Assembly: GCA_023391895.1 (NCBI GenBank)
Contig: JAEWAC010000157.1
Location: forward strand, 118 to 64,117
Direction: 5' to 3'
Origin: Bacteroidota bacterium
GTDB lineage: Bacteria; Bacteroidota; Bacteroidia; Chitinophagales; Chitinophagaceae
DNA: 64,000 bases
This document shows positions 21,041 through 29,963 of the stretch, piece after piece; position 1 is the stretch's first letter, and the number at the start of each line of letters is the position of its first letter. Below the pieces are notes generated by a model that searched no databases, was not told the DNA's origin, and was given only the letters and a program-made list of their open reading frames with translations. The position numbers were made by a program, and so were the translations under genes.

Positions 21041-24000
21041 TTATTTGTTTTTCCTTAAAAAAGCCAATAAGTTGGCCATCTCCTCTTGGTTTATTTGTTG
21101 CTCCAGGCCTGCAGGCATGGCAGACATATTCAGCGGTTTTAGCGAACGTATATCGGCTCTGTTAATGGTTCGCTTTTCCCTTCCGGCATTGATCAATGTT
21201 ATGGAGGTGGCTGTTTCACTGGAAATAACACCCTGGTGCGATGTTCCGTTCTTTAACTGCACATCCCAAAGATCAAAACCACTGGATATGGATAAATCAG
21301 GGGCCAATATATTAGCCATAATGGCCTCGGCCGACCAGTTATGGATGGTACCTAAATCAGGACCAAAGCTCACGCCCATCGTACCCCTGATCTGATGGCA
21401 ACTGGAACAGTTTTTCAGGTAAACTTCTTTGCCCTTTTCAGCACTTCCTTTCATAGAAAGCACCTGCTGGTAGGCCTGGTTTACTTTTTCTCTGTCTTCC
21501 TCAGCTTTGGTAAGCAATTTTCTCGCTTTTTCCCGCAGCTTTATATTTGACTGGGACATCAATCTGACACTCCGGTGCCATCCTACGCTGGCAGGCTGTA
21601 TAATGCTGCTTTCAATGGCGTTTAAAAGCAGTGCAATCCTGGAAGTATCTTTTAAAAAGGTATTCAAGGCTTCATCCTGAACTTCCGGTGTCAGGCTTGT
21701 CCATTGCCTTAACAAGAAGTGCGGTGCCGTATTGTCCGGTATGGCACTCAATGTATGCAAGGCTGCTACCTGTATGGAGGAAGGCTCTCGAGGAACAATC
21801 AACTCTTTAAGAAGGGCTGCAAAAGGGGCAGGATTGTCAAGCGCTAAAAAATGGATCGCTGCCACTCGCTTTTCTTCAGGCATTTGTTTGTTGTTTGCAA
21901 GGGATGCGGCTTTGCTTAAAGCTTCTTTCTTCAAATTGCCATAAGGTAAACCTATTGATTTCAGTACATTCAGCGAAGCCTGGCGCAACGGTGCATATGG
22001 GGTTTTGAAAAAGTTTTGTACCAGCAGCACCTGATCTTCATATGAGGCTGCCTTCGTTTTACGATCTTTAAGTCCTTGCGCTAAACCTTCCAGTAAGGGA
22101 GCCTGCCATTCTGCCGATGGACCTGTTGTGGCCCTCTGAACCAGTTGATGAATCAAAACCGGTTTTTCACTCATGCCAATCATAGCACTCAATCGCTTTA
22201 CCAGCGAAGCATAAGCCAATTCTTGGGGGCGGTAGTGATCGATCACCTTGTTCAGCAGCGAGTGCGTTTGGTCCTTTTCGCCTGATAAAGCAGCCACCTG
22301 TATCCATTCGTCATTGACATCCTCGAATAATAGTTTATCTCTTAGCTGCCGTGCTTCCGGACTGTTTACAGAACCTAATGTGCAAAGCAATCGGAATCGA
22401 ACCTTGGCATCCGTATCATTTTGCATTTGTAACAAAGCTTTCGACAAAGCCGGTGTGGCACTCAAATGCAGTTCAGCTAGTTTTATAGCATTCTGTCGTA
22501 CTCCCGGAACCCCACTTTTTAACGCATGTTCAATCAGTTCAGGTGTTAGTTGTCCCAGTCCTTCCAGGGTCCATAAAGCATGCAGCTGCCCTAACGGAAC
22601 AGAATCGTTTTTAGCCATTTTTACTAAGGCAGGTATTATACTTTCCTCTTTCCGGTCTATCAATAGCCGTTGCGCATTCAGCCGCCACCAAATGTTGGGA
22701 CTTGATAATTGCGCAACCAGTTGTTCATTACTGGAATCACCCAGTTTAAGACCTTTCGTCCAATCGGCAGATTTGGCATTAGCAGGGACAATGCGATAGA
22801 TCCGGCCCTTGTCATGTCCATTATACAATTGACCGGATTTTACAACTTCTTCCCCCATCCACTCCGGATGTTCAATAATCTGACGATAGTAGTCCACTAC
22901 ATACAAGGCACCATCCGGCCCGATGTACATATTAACCGGACGAAACCAGGCATCGGTAGAAGCCAAAAACTCCTTGTGAGGGTGCATACGACTGGCAACA
23001 AAACTGGCGCCCTTATCGGTTAGCTGATCTGCATGTACCAGATTGCTGACGGGTTCGGCCACAAAGATGGTCTTATCGAAAGGAGCAGGAAATACGCCTC
23101 CCAGGTATCGGGTGATACCACATGCGGAAGTAATCACACCCACATCGGTCAATAATTGGTGTTCGGGATTTTTGGTAATTGGAAACACTTCGGCTGCATC
23201 GCCATGATCGGAAAGCGATTGCGTGGTAGTGGAAACAAGCAGTTCAGGATTGCGTTTCAAATAAGTGGCCGCCATTACTTCCTGTATACTGTGGTTCCAG
23301 TTGGTGACCAGAAAATGATTACCCCATTCATCGAAAGTATGACCAAACTGCGTATTGCTGGAAGTAGTTTCCAGCAGGTGCTCATCAGGACGAAAGCGTA
23401 CGGAGCGACCGCTGGCATTTTTACCCAATCGCGGACGGTTTGGTCTGTCGGGATAAAATATCTCACTACCCTCATCACCAAATTCATTTTTATAATTCTG
23501 GGTAGCAACCGCACCCTCATGCCCCAGGTAAATCCAATTATCGATACCTAATACCGGGCTGTTTAAATTATGTTGCGGATTGGATAAAGCAAATCCCGTA
23601 AGCATGGTATCCTTAATATCGGCCTTACCATCACTATCTGTATCTTCCAGGTATAGTACATTGGGTGCATCTGTAATTAATACTCCTTTCTTCCAGCGCA
23701 TAATACTATTGGGCAATACCAGGCCGTCCGCAAAAACAGTACTTTTATCCATACGGCCGTCACCATCTGTATCGGCCAGCAGCTTGATAACACCGGTGCC
23801 ACTTTTATCCAGTGGATAGCCATGCATTTCTACCACATACATACGGCCGTATTCATCAATTTCCATATCCACCGGATCGGAAATCAATGGTTCGGAAGCC
23901 AATAACTCTATTTTAAAACCGGGCTCCAGTTCAAAGGTGGACAAAGCTTCTTCCGGACGTACAGGAGCATTAGTCCGCTTTGAATCCGTTTTAAAGGTAT

Positions 24001-24070
24001 CAGATGAATTCTGGCAACTTACTGATGTTATAGCAATTATTATGATGAATGAAAATTGCAGGAGTCGCAC
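21041..24070 (-). CDS. PVC-type heme-binding membrane-bound dehydrogenase-domain lipoprotein (beta-propeller, HEAT repeats, cytochrome c)
   Basis: Lipobox SVSC, GFKIELLASEP, DGDGRMD, WFRPVN...GPDGALYVVD, helical repeats, CSSCH heme motif, GPDL, SAMPAGLE. Confidence 0.88.
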   Translation of the reverse strand: MRLLQFSFIIIIAITSVSCQNSSDTFKTDSKRTNAPVRPEEALSTFELEPGFKIELLASEPLISDPVDMEIDEYGRMYVVEMHGYPLDKSGTGVIKLLADTDGDGRMDKSTVFADGLVLPNSIMRWKKGVLITDAPNVLYLEDTDSDGKADIKDTMLTGFALSNPQHNLNSPVLGIDNWIYLGHEGAVATQNYKNEFGDEGSEIFYPDRPNRPRLGKNASGRSVRFRPDEHLLETTSSNTQFGHTFDEWGNHFLVTNWNHSIQEVMAATYLKRNPELLVSTTTQSLSDHGDAAEVFPITKNPEHQLLTDVGVITSACGITRYLGGVFPAPFDKTIFVAEPVSNLVHADQLTDKGASFVASRMHPHKEFLASTDAWFRPVNMYIGPDGALYVVDYYRQIIEHPEWMGEEVVKSGQLYNGHDKGRIYRIVPANAKSADWTKGLKLGDSSNEQLVAQLSSPNIWWRLNAQRLLIDRKEESIIPALVKMAKNDSVPLGQLHALWTLEGLGQLTPELIEHALKSGVPGVRQNAIKLAELHLSATPALSKALLQMQNDTDAKVRFRLLCTLGSVNSPEARQLRDKLLFEDVNDEWIQVAALSGEKDQTHSLLNKVIDHYRPQELAYASLVKRLSAMIGMSEKPVLIHQLVQRATTGPSAEWQAPLLEGLAQGLKDRKTKAASYEDQVLLVQNFFKTPYAPLRQASLNVLKSIGLPYGNLKKEALSKAASLANNKQMPEEKRVAAIHFLALDNPAPFAALLKELIVPREPSSIQVAALHTLSAIPDNTAPHFLLRQWTSLTPEVQDEALNTFLKDTSRIALLLNAIESSIIQPASVGWHRSVRLMSQSNIKLREKARKLLTKAEEDREKVNQAYQQVLSMKGSAEKGKEVYLKNCSSCHQIRGTMGVSFGPDLGTIHNWSAEAIMANILAPDLSISSGFDLWDVQLKNGTSHQGVISSETATSITLINAGREKRTINRADIRSLKPLNMSAMPAGLEQQINQEEMANLLAFLRKNK

Positions 24071-24211
24071 ATTTATGAAGTTTATGCATTAATTTAATTA
24101 AAAATTCATATGAAAAGCAGATTAAATTTGAAAAAGACAAGAGTAACTGATTAGCTGCTATTATTCTATAAACAGGAAGATGATATTTTAGAGGTTTACC
24201 CTAACTTTTTA

Positions 24212-25065
24212 GAGCTTATCTCATAAATGATTTTGGATAGGTATGTTCTTTGAGCGAGTTGAAGGAAATGCTTGAGTTATGAAAGGAGGTGTTTATCTAA
24301 GTGACCGGGAATGGACTTTGTTGGAGCCGTTTATTCCGAAGGCAAAGCAAAGAAAAGACGGCAAGGGCCGGCCCAGGCGGGATCCGCGAGAGGTCATGAA
24401 TGGCATCATCTGGATCTTGTTTTCCGGCTCCCCCTGGTACCTGCTGTCCAAGGAGTATCCCCCCCTGCCAGACCTGTCACCGCTATTTTCAGCTCTAGGT
24501 CAGAACAGGGGTGATGCAGAAGATGCTGGGTGCCTTGAGCCTTTATCATGCCAGCGGACGGAAAAAGCAGGACGTGGATGTAGCGGATGGCAGTTTCTCC
24601 TCTGCAAAAAAGGGGTGACAAAGTTGGCAAAACCAAGCGGGGCAAGGGTTCCAAGGTGATGGCGATTGTAACCAAAAAGAGTCGGCCGCTGGCCATCCGC
24701 GTTTTTTCCGCTACGCCTTTTGAGAGCACCCTTTTGGAAGAGACGATCAAAGAGCGCATTAGCAAAACAAAGATCCGGCTAGTGGTGGCCGATCGGGCCT
24801 ATAACAGCGATCCGCTGGACCAAAGGCTCAAAGGAAAAGGTATTGAATTGATCGCCCCCCACAAACGCAACAGAAAAAGAAAAAGACACAAGATGGCAGA
24901 AAGCTACGCCACTACACCAAACGCTGGACCGTGGAGCGCTTTTTCTCCTGGCTGCACAACTTTAGACGATGTGTTATTAGATACGAAAGAAAAGCTGAAA
25001 ACTTCCAGGCCTTCCTCTACCTCGCCGCCATTCTAATGCTACTAAGGCATTTTTGAGATAAGTTC
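24212..25065 (+). mobile_element. IS5 family insertion sequence (IS427-like), inactivated
   Basis: Inverted repeats GAGCTTATCTCATAAATG / CATTTTTGAGATAAGTTC, TA on both flanks, 854 bp, two-ORF transposase with A6G4 slippery site at 24606-24615. Confidence 0.9.
24279..25056 (+). pseudogene. IS5 family transposase pseudogene
   Basis: LSDREW, GRPRRDPREVMNGI, ADRAYNSD, RWTVERFFSWL motifs; extra C in the C7 run at ~24460, TAG at 24496-24498, further frameshift at ~24880. Confidence 0.88.
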
Positions 25066-25551
25066 TAATTTTACAAAAAGATCTACCTAAAATAGTAATT
25101 AAGGCAAACTTTCCAACCTGCTGCATGGTCTTGGTACAAAGTCCTATAATGCAGCGTAATCAGCAGCAATGTCAAAAGGGGCTAAAGTGGACTTTGCCTG
25201 GAATGCGGGCGCTGCCTTTGCTATTTTTATCATACACCTGGTAACGGTTGATAGTGGATTACAAAACGACGGTTTTTATATTTGAAGCATCGATCATCAT
25301 GGTGTCTTTCTTTTGACATAAACCTGCCAGAGAAAACAATGAACAAAGGTCTGTAAAGAAAGAAATTTCCTGATAGTACGATTTTAAAAGGCGCAATTGT
25401 CTTGTGCTGTATCTATCATGAATATAGAGAGTGGATGAGTGGCCATTTTCATCTGATGTTTTACATTGGATGACACACTGTTCAACAACCGCCATTTACT
25501 CCTGTAACATTAAATCAAATGATAGAGTTTCGAACTGCAGTGGACGTTTCA

Positions 25552-26442
25552 TTATAGCCTGGTCACAACCACTGCTTGAAAAGGTGTATCGGCAATTGGT
25601 TTTTTCTGGACAAAAAACTCTTCCGGGTCTAACCAACACTCAATAAAAGGCAGATCTGGTGCATAATAAAAACGGCCGCCTTTCTTCAGGGCATGCAGTA
25701 TCTGCCTATAAGTAGTGGCATATTGCTGGTGTTGTCCACCCTTTAGTAAGTGGTGGTGCAAAAAATGATTGGAAAAGCCCAGGTGGCTGATTATGGTTCC
25801 CCAATGCTGAGGCCTATAAGAAAACTCCAGCCAGCAGTTTTGAAAGGTTAAGTCAGATGGTTCTGTTTCCCGGTCGATGCCGTACGCCACAATTCCCTGT
25901 TGCCGCAGGTGCCGCACCAGGTAAGGCTGTTTACCACAGCCAATGTCAAGCACCGGCCCTGGCAGTTCCCTATCGCATATACCCAGCACGTGTAGTTATG
26001 TTTTAGCGTTGTATTCTGCACAAACAACAAATTGATCAATTAATGGAATTACCGCAGGATAAAGCCACTGCGCGGCCGGATAATTTTGCACCAGCCATTG
26101 CTGCAATCTGAAATAATGTTGGCGCTCCAGCAATGCAAAATCAATATGGTCAGCATCCTGGGCGTATAGCTCTTTTAATAACTGCTGGTACAATTTACTC
26201 AGGGTAGCCCTGGATGCTTCATTAAAATGGAAAAACTGGTTGACTTTATAAAATGAAGACAGTACTGCCGGTACGGTTTGCTCCAGCAATTCATCGTCGA
26301 ACCTTTCATGCCAACCCAGCTGCAACCACCTGCGTAGAAAACGCCGGGTGCCTTCTGTAAAAGCAAAACCATTCACCTGTGGCGATGCCATCAGGTTCTT
26401 GTTTTGGTTGTAGCTAATTTGCTGGTTAATCAGTTCTGTCAC
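25552..26442 (-). pseudogene. Class I SAM methyltransferase-domain gene split by one in-frame stop
   Basis: The two ORFs are in the same frame, joined by ACA TAA CTA CAC GTG (stop 25996-25998); VLDIGCG motif in the distal half. Confidence 0.75.
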
Positions 26443-26541
26443 AGTTGCATTATATAATACAAAACAATGAAAAAATTTAATTCATCAAAATTCCCTTACA
26501 GAAAAGTACGCTGATACGCTTTCGAACCTTAGAAAAAAATA

Positions 26542-27012
26542 TCAATCCCAGATTAATGGACGTTCCAGTTGCAGGGTGCGCAAATAAGACAGCATTTGTC
26601 CGGCATGCACTGCTTCATGAAAAGCAACCCGGTTCAAGTAGTCACCCAGCATTCTTCTTTGTCCTTTCTCGGATCGATTGATCTCAATTTGTGCCAACTC
26701 TTCATCCGTACAGTTGCGGATCATATCGATAAAGCTTGCACGGTAGGGCAAACAAAAGCTTAATTCTTCTTCCAGGTCGCCAAGAGGCCTCTTCAACCAG
26801 GGAGAAGAATAATCTCCCAAATCTCCCCGGTTGTTTATGATCTGATGAAACAGGTGCTCCCCTTCCAGAACGTGCCGCACCATTTCCAAACAACTCATAG
26901 CCTGGACATCAGGACGCCAGCAATAATAACGTTCCGGTATGCCTAACCATAACTTAATACTTCGCCTACGAACTTCTTCAAAATTTAAAATAATGATCTC
27001 GGTTGCTTTCAT
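26542..27012 (-). CDS. DinB family protein
   Basis: WRP...MSCLEMVRHV and FHEAVHAGQ His triad; start at MKATE. Confidence 0.88.
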   Translation of the reverse strand: MKATEIIILNFEEVRRRSIKLWLGIPERYYCWRPDVQAMSCLEMVRHVLEGEHLFHQIINNRGDLGDYSSPWLKRPLGDLEEELSFCLPYRASFIDMIRNCTDEELAQIEINRSEKGQRRMLGDYLNRVAFHEAVHAGQMLSYLRTLQLERPLIWD

Positions 27013-27167
27013 TAGTATTTTATGATTATAGCGGAAAGGTATGTTTTGTATCAATGTCCAACCGGACAGACTTTCAAAATGCCATATATAAGTTTAAAAA
27101 CTCTACAGCACTGGTACTAAATATGGTCAATGATAATGTTGGAATTAAAAAATGCTTGTTGCAAGAG

Positions 27168-27827
27168 TCAGATTGTTCCACCTGTCATTTTTTGGATATC
27201 CCGCATCAAAAACTCCCTTGCTATATCAATAATGTGTTGGGGTGCTTTTGCGAGGGAACCGGTATCAAACTTTGGCTTCGGATCATATTCAATTACAAGT
27301 TGCAACATCTGAGCAAACTCTTCTCCCTGCTCAAGCGCCGCCAAATTTAAAGCCATATCAATACCTGCCGAAACACCCGCTGCCGTGATGATCTTTCCAT
27401 TCTGAACAAAACGTTCCGCTACCGGATTGGTGTTCAGTTTTCTCAACTGGTCATACACGCCCCAGTGCGAGGTTACTTCTAGGCCATTTAATAAGCCGGT
27501 TGCAGCCAGAATGACCGTACCAGAGCACACTGCTGTTGTCCACCTGGTGGTTGAATGAATGGCTGAAATCCAATTCACAACTTCTTTATCCTTAGCTACC
27601 TGCATAAAGGCAGCGGTTGATCCCGGAACTAACAGAATATCAGCACGACTGATTTCTTGAATTGAATAATCAGCTGTCATTTTTAAAAACTTATATTCAC
27701 TTTCGACCACACCTTTTTCTTTAGCGGCAAACTTCACCGTGACACCCGGGAACCGGGAAAGGATTTCGTAAGGGCCTACCACATCCAGTGCCGTAAAGCC
27801 ATTGTAAATAAGGATTGCTATTTCCAT
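27168..27827 (-). CDS. DJ-1/PfpI family protein, isonitrile hydratase (InhA)-like
   Basis: GFTALDVVGPYE, LLVPG, AVCSG catalytic Cys, TAAGVSAGIDMAL, QLVIEYDPKPKFDTGS tail; start at MEIAI. Confidence 0.88.
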   Translation of the reverse strand: MEIAILIYNGFTALDVVGPYEILSRFPGVTVKFAAKEKGVVESEYKFLKMTADYSIQEISRADILLVPGSTAAFMQVAKDKEVVNWISAIHSTTRWTTAVCSGTVILAATGLLNGLEVTSHWGVYDQLRKLNTNPVAERFVQNGKIITAAGVSAGIDMALNLAALEQGEEFAQMLQLVIEYDPKPKFDTGSLAKAPQHIIDIAREFLMRDIQKMTGGTI

Positions 27828-27889
27828 CTGTTTATTTTCGTTTGCTGTCTGTAACTTTTGTAATCTGTAATAACTAACTGTGAGTTGAT

Positions 27890-27921
27890 AAAGAAGAGAG
27901 ACTCTAACGCCTCTCTTCTTT
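27890..27921 (-). terminator. Hairpin between the Cys-rich small ORF and the DJ-1 gene
   Basis: Perfect 11-bp arms AAAGAAGAGAG / CTCTCTTCTTT with a 10-nt loop, 6 nt after the small ORF stop. Confidence 0.55.
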
Positions 27922-27927
27922 GGATAA

Positions 27928-28026
27928 TTAAATTGCCGATGTACCACAAGTGCAGTTAGGTCCGCATAAGCAAATAGTGCAGGTGCAATTAGGATTGTGG
28001 CTGTTAGTTTCAACTGTTGCTTTCAT
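27928..28026 (-). CDS. Metallothionein-like Cys-rich microprotein (32 aa, MKATVETNSHNPNCTCTICLCGPNCTCGTSAI)
   Basis: Manual translation; three CxC motifs; ATG preceded by A-rich TAAAAACTACAATC; own promoter element upstream and hairpin downstream. Confidence 0.7.
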   Translation of the reverse strand: MKATVETNSHNPNCTCTICLCGPNCTCGTSAI

Positions 28027-28064
28027 GATTGTAGTTTTTAATTGTGATGAATAATTTGATCACA

Positions 28065-28125
28065 CAAAACTACTTTCAGATCGAGGCAGTGGCTTTACAG
28101 AATTGAGGGAATGAGTTATATAATT
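28065..28125 (-). promoter_or_regulatory. -7 element TAGTTTTG plus upstream direct repeats (possible AraC-type activator site)
   Basis: TAnnTTTG match at 28065-28072; TTACAGAATT (28095) and TTATATAATT (28116) repeat at 21-bp spacing. Confidence 0.5.
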
Positions 28126-28289
28126 TTGTCAATTGCTTTTTGAATTAAAGTGCGAAGACTTCTACTATCTATTCTTCATTATTAGCACCATAAACAGATA
28201 TACTATGGCTTTTTAAAAGTAAATCATGGTGCCACCTGCAAGAATGTTCTAAAACATCTTTTAGAAGCTGATGTTCACCATCCATCTTT

Positions 28290-28754
28290 TTATAAGCTCA
28301 TCCTCATTTGTATGATATGGCTGGTAAAACCCTCTTTTTCATACGCTTTTATAGCAGAATGATTTTGGGCATATACTTCCAGACGCATTTCCTTTACGCC
28401 TCTTGCTTGGACCAGCTTTTTTAGTTCTTTGATAATAAGTCCATTGATGCCCTTTCCCCTGTAATCCGGATGCACATACATCAGTCCCAGATAAGCATGC
28501 TGCTGGTGTTTCAGATAAGGCTTTGCGGCCTCAATCCTCGCAAAGCCACAGGCCAGCAATGTACCTCCCTGGCCGGCTACCACCCAATCAACCTGTGGGT
28601 CAGTCATCATTTTCCGGATATCATAATACCGGACACCTTCCTCTTTAAGCATGGGTTCAAAAGGGCGCTCGGCACTAATAACCCCTTGTTCAAACTGAAG
28701 TAACTGCTCCACATCATGCAGGTTTGCCCTTCTGATAATTATCTCTTGCTTCAT
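28290..28754 (-). CDS. GNAT family N-acetyltransferase
   Basis: MYVHPDYRGKGI motif A, NHSAIKAYEKEGF motif B; start at MKQEI. Confidence 0.9.
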   Translation of the reverse strand: MKQEIIIRRANLHDVEQLLQFEQGVISAERPFEPMLKEEGVRYYDIRKMMTDPQVDWVVAGQGGTLLACGFARIEAAKPYLKHQQHAYLGLMYVHPDYRGKGINGLIIKELKKLVQARGVKEMRLEVYAQNHSAIKAYEKEGFTSHIIQMRMSL

Positions 28755-29319
28755 ATAAAAAGAATTTAAAACTAAAAAACTCTTAGCTAATGGTACAAAA
28801 AGAAAATCTCCTAAAATCTCCAATCTTTACAATATCAATGCGTGGAAAGTCTGCAGGAACAGCCTTCAGGATAAACGGATTGAAATTGCCAGCAAAGAAT
28901 CATCTTAGTTTCCGAAAATCGATTCCATCCATGTATCAGAAACGCTTTTACCTTTCCATTTGATTATGAATGATCTTTGCCAGGAGCAGTCATTCCTAAA
29001 ATAAATACTTCAAGTGCAGGTTGCTCGTGCATATACATTTTTAAAATCGGCAACAAAAAGCCTTGGACAGAAAATTCCTTTTATTCATCCAAATGCAGTG
29101 ATCTATATCATCAAATAGGAAATCCCCAAATGGACTACAACCGATATTACAACTCAATTCAGTAAAAATGAATGCTTTTAGCCATGCATGTCCTCTAAAA
29201 CCTTGTGGGTTAATGAATGGAGCACCAGCCTGAAACCATGGTTAGCAATAACTTGCCTAGACCATCATCTGGCAGCCCCGCTTTGAACCTACGCTGATAG
29301 CAGTTCTAACCCTTTTAGC

Positions 29320-29775
29320 TTATTGAATCCAGGTCATATAAAATTCTTCTTCATCCGTATTTTCATCTATATGTGTTTCCTGAATCCTGAAACCATGTTT
29401 CTGATAAAAGTGAACTGCCTTTTTGTTTTTAATATATACCTTTAAGTGTAATTCACGCTTCAGTTCCTTTGCTTTTTCGATCAACCTGCTTCCTATACCC
29501 ATCTGTTGCGCTTCGGGATGAATAAAAAGAGCAGCCACATGGTTTTTTACCAATGAGATGAAACCAGTGATGTTACCATTTTTATCTTTATAAATCCAGG
29601 TTTCTGCTTGAGGGAGATAGATTTCTTTCATTGCTGGTGCCTGATCCAGCCAATAGTCAGCAGCAATAAAGTCATGCGCAGTTTTTGAACTTTCGATCCA
29701 GATACTAATCACTTCATCAACCTCTTTACCATTCGCCAATTGATCTAGAGCATATCCATCCTGAGCTGTTTTCAT
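29320..29775 (-). CDS. GNAT family N-acetyltransferase (YiaC-like)
   Basis: AHDFI, LFIHPEAQQMGIGSRL, NKKAVHFYQKHGF. Confidence 0.88.
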   Translation of the reverse strand: MKTAQDGYALDQLANGKEVDEVISIWIESSKTAHDFIAADYWLDQAPAMKEIYLPQAETWIYKDKNGNITGFISLVKNHVAALFIHPEAQQMGIGSRLIEKAKELKRELHLKVYIKNKKAVHFYQKHGFRIQETHIDENTDEEEFYMTWIQ

Positions 29776-29963
29776 ATAGATTAAAATTAAGTCTTTAGTT
29801 CTATTCATTTTTTTTACGCCTGGTCTTTAACCAACAAGGAAACAATTGTTTAAGTTCCGGTTTACAAGTGTTGTTGATGCAGGTTTATACCCATAAAAGC
29901 TCTGTTAACTTTTTCCGTATCACACCTACCTGCACAAAGCTTTCTGAATAGCGCTCTTTCTTT

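Noticed and set aside
25100..25500. Short ORFs and possible gene debris (also 28830-29310, 33430-33800, 44060-44400, 62900-63500)
   Set aside because: Protein-like fragments but no family could be recognised by eye; blastx is needed.
27828..28013. N-terminal extension of the DJ-1 ORF in the track
   Set aside because: It overlaps the hairpin and the Cys-rich ORF in another frame; the DJ-1 domain begins at ATG 27827.
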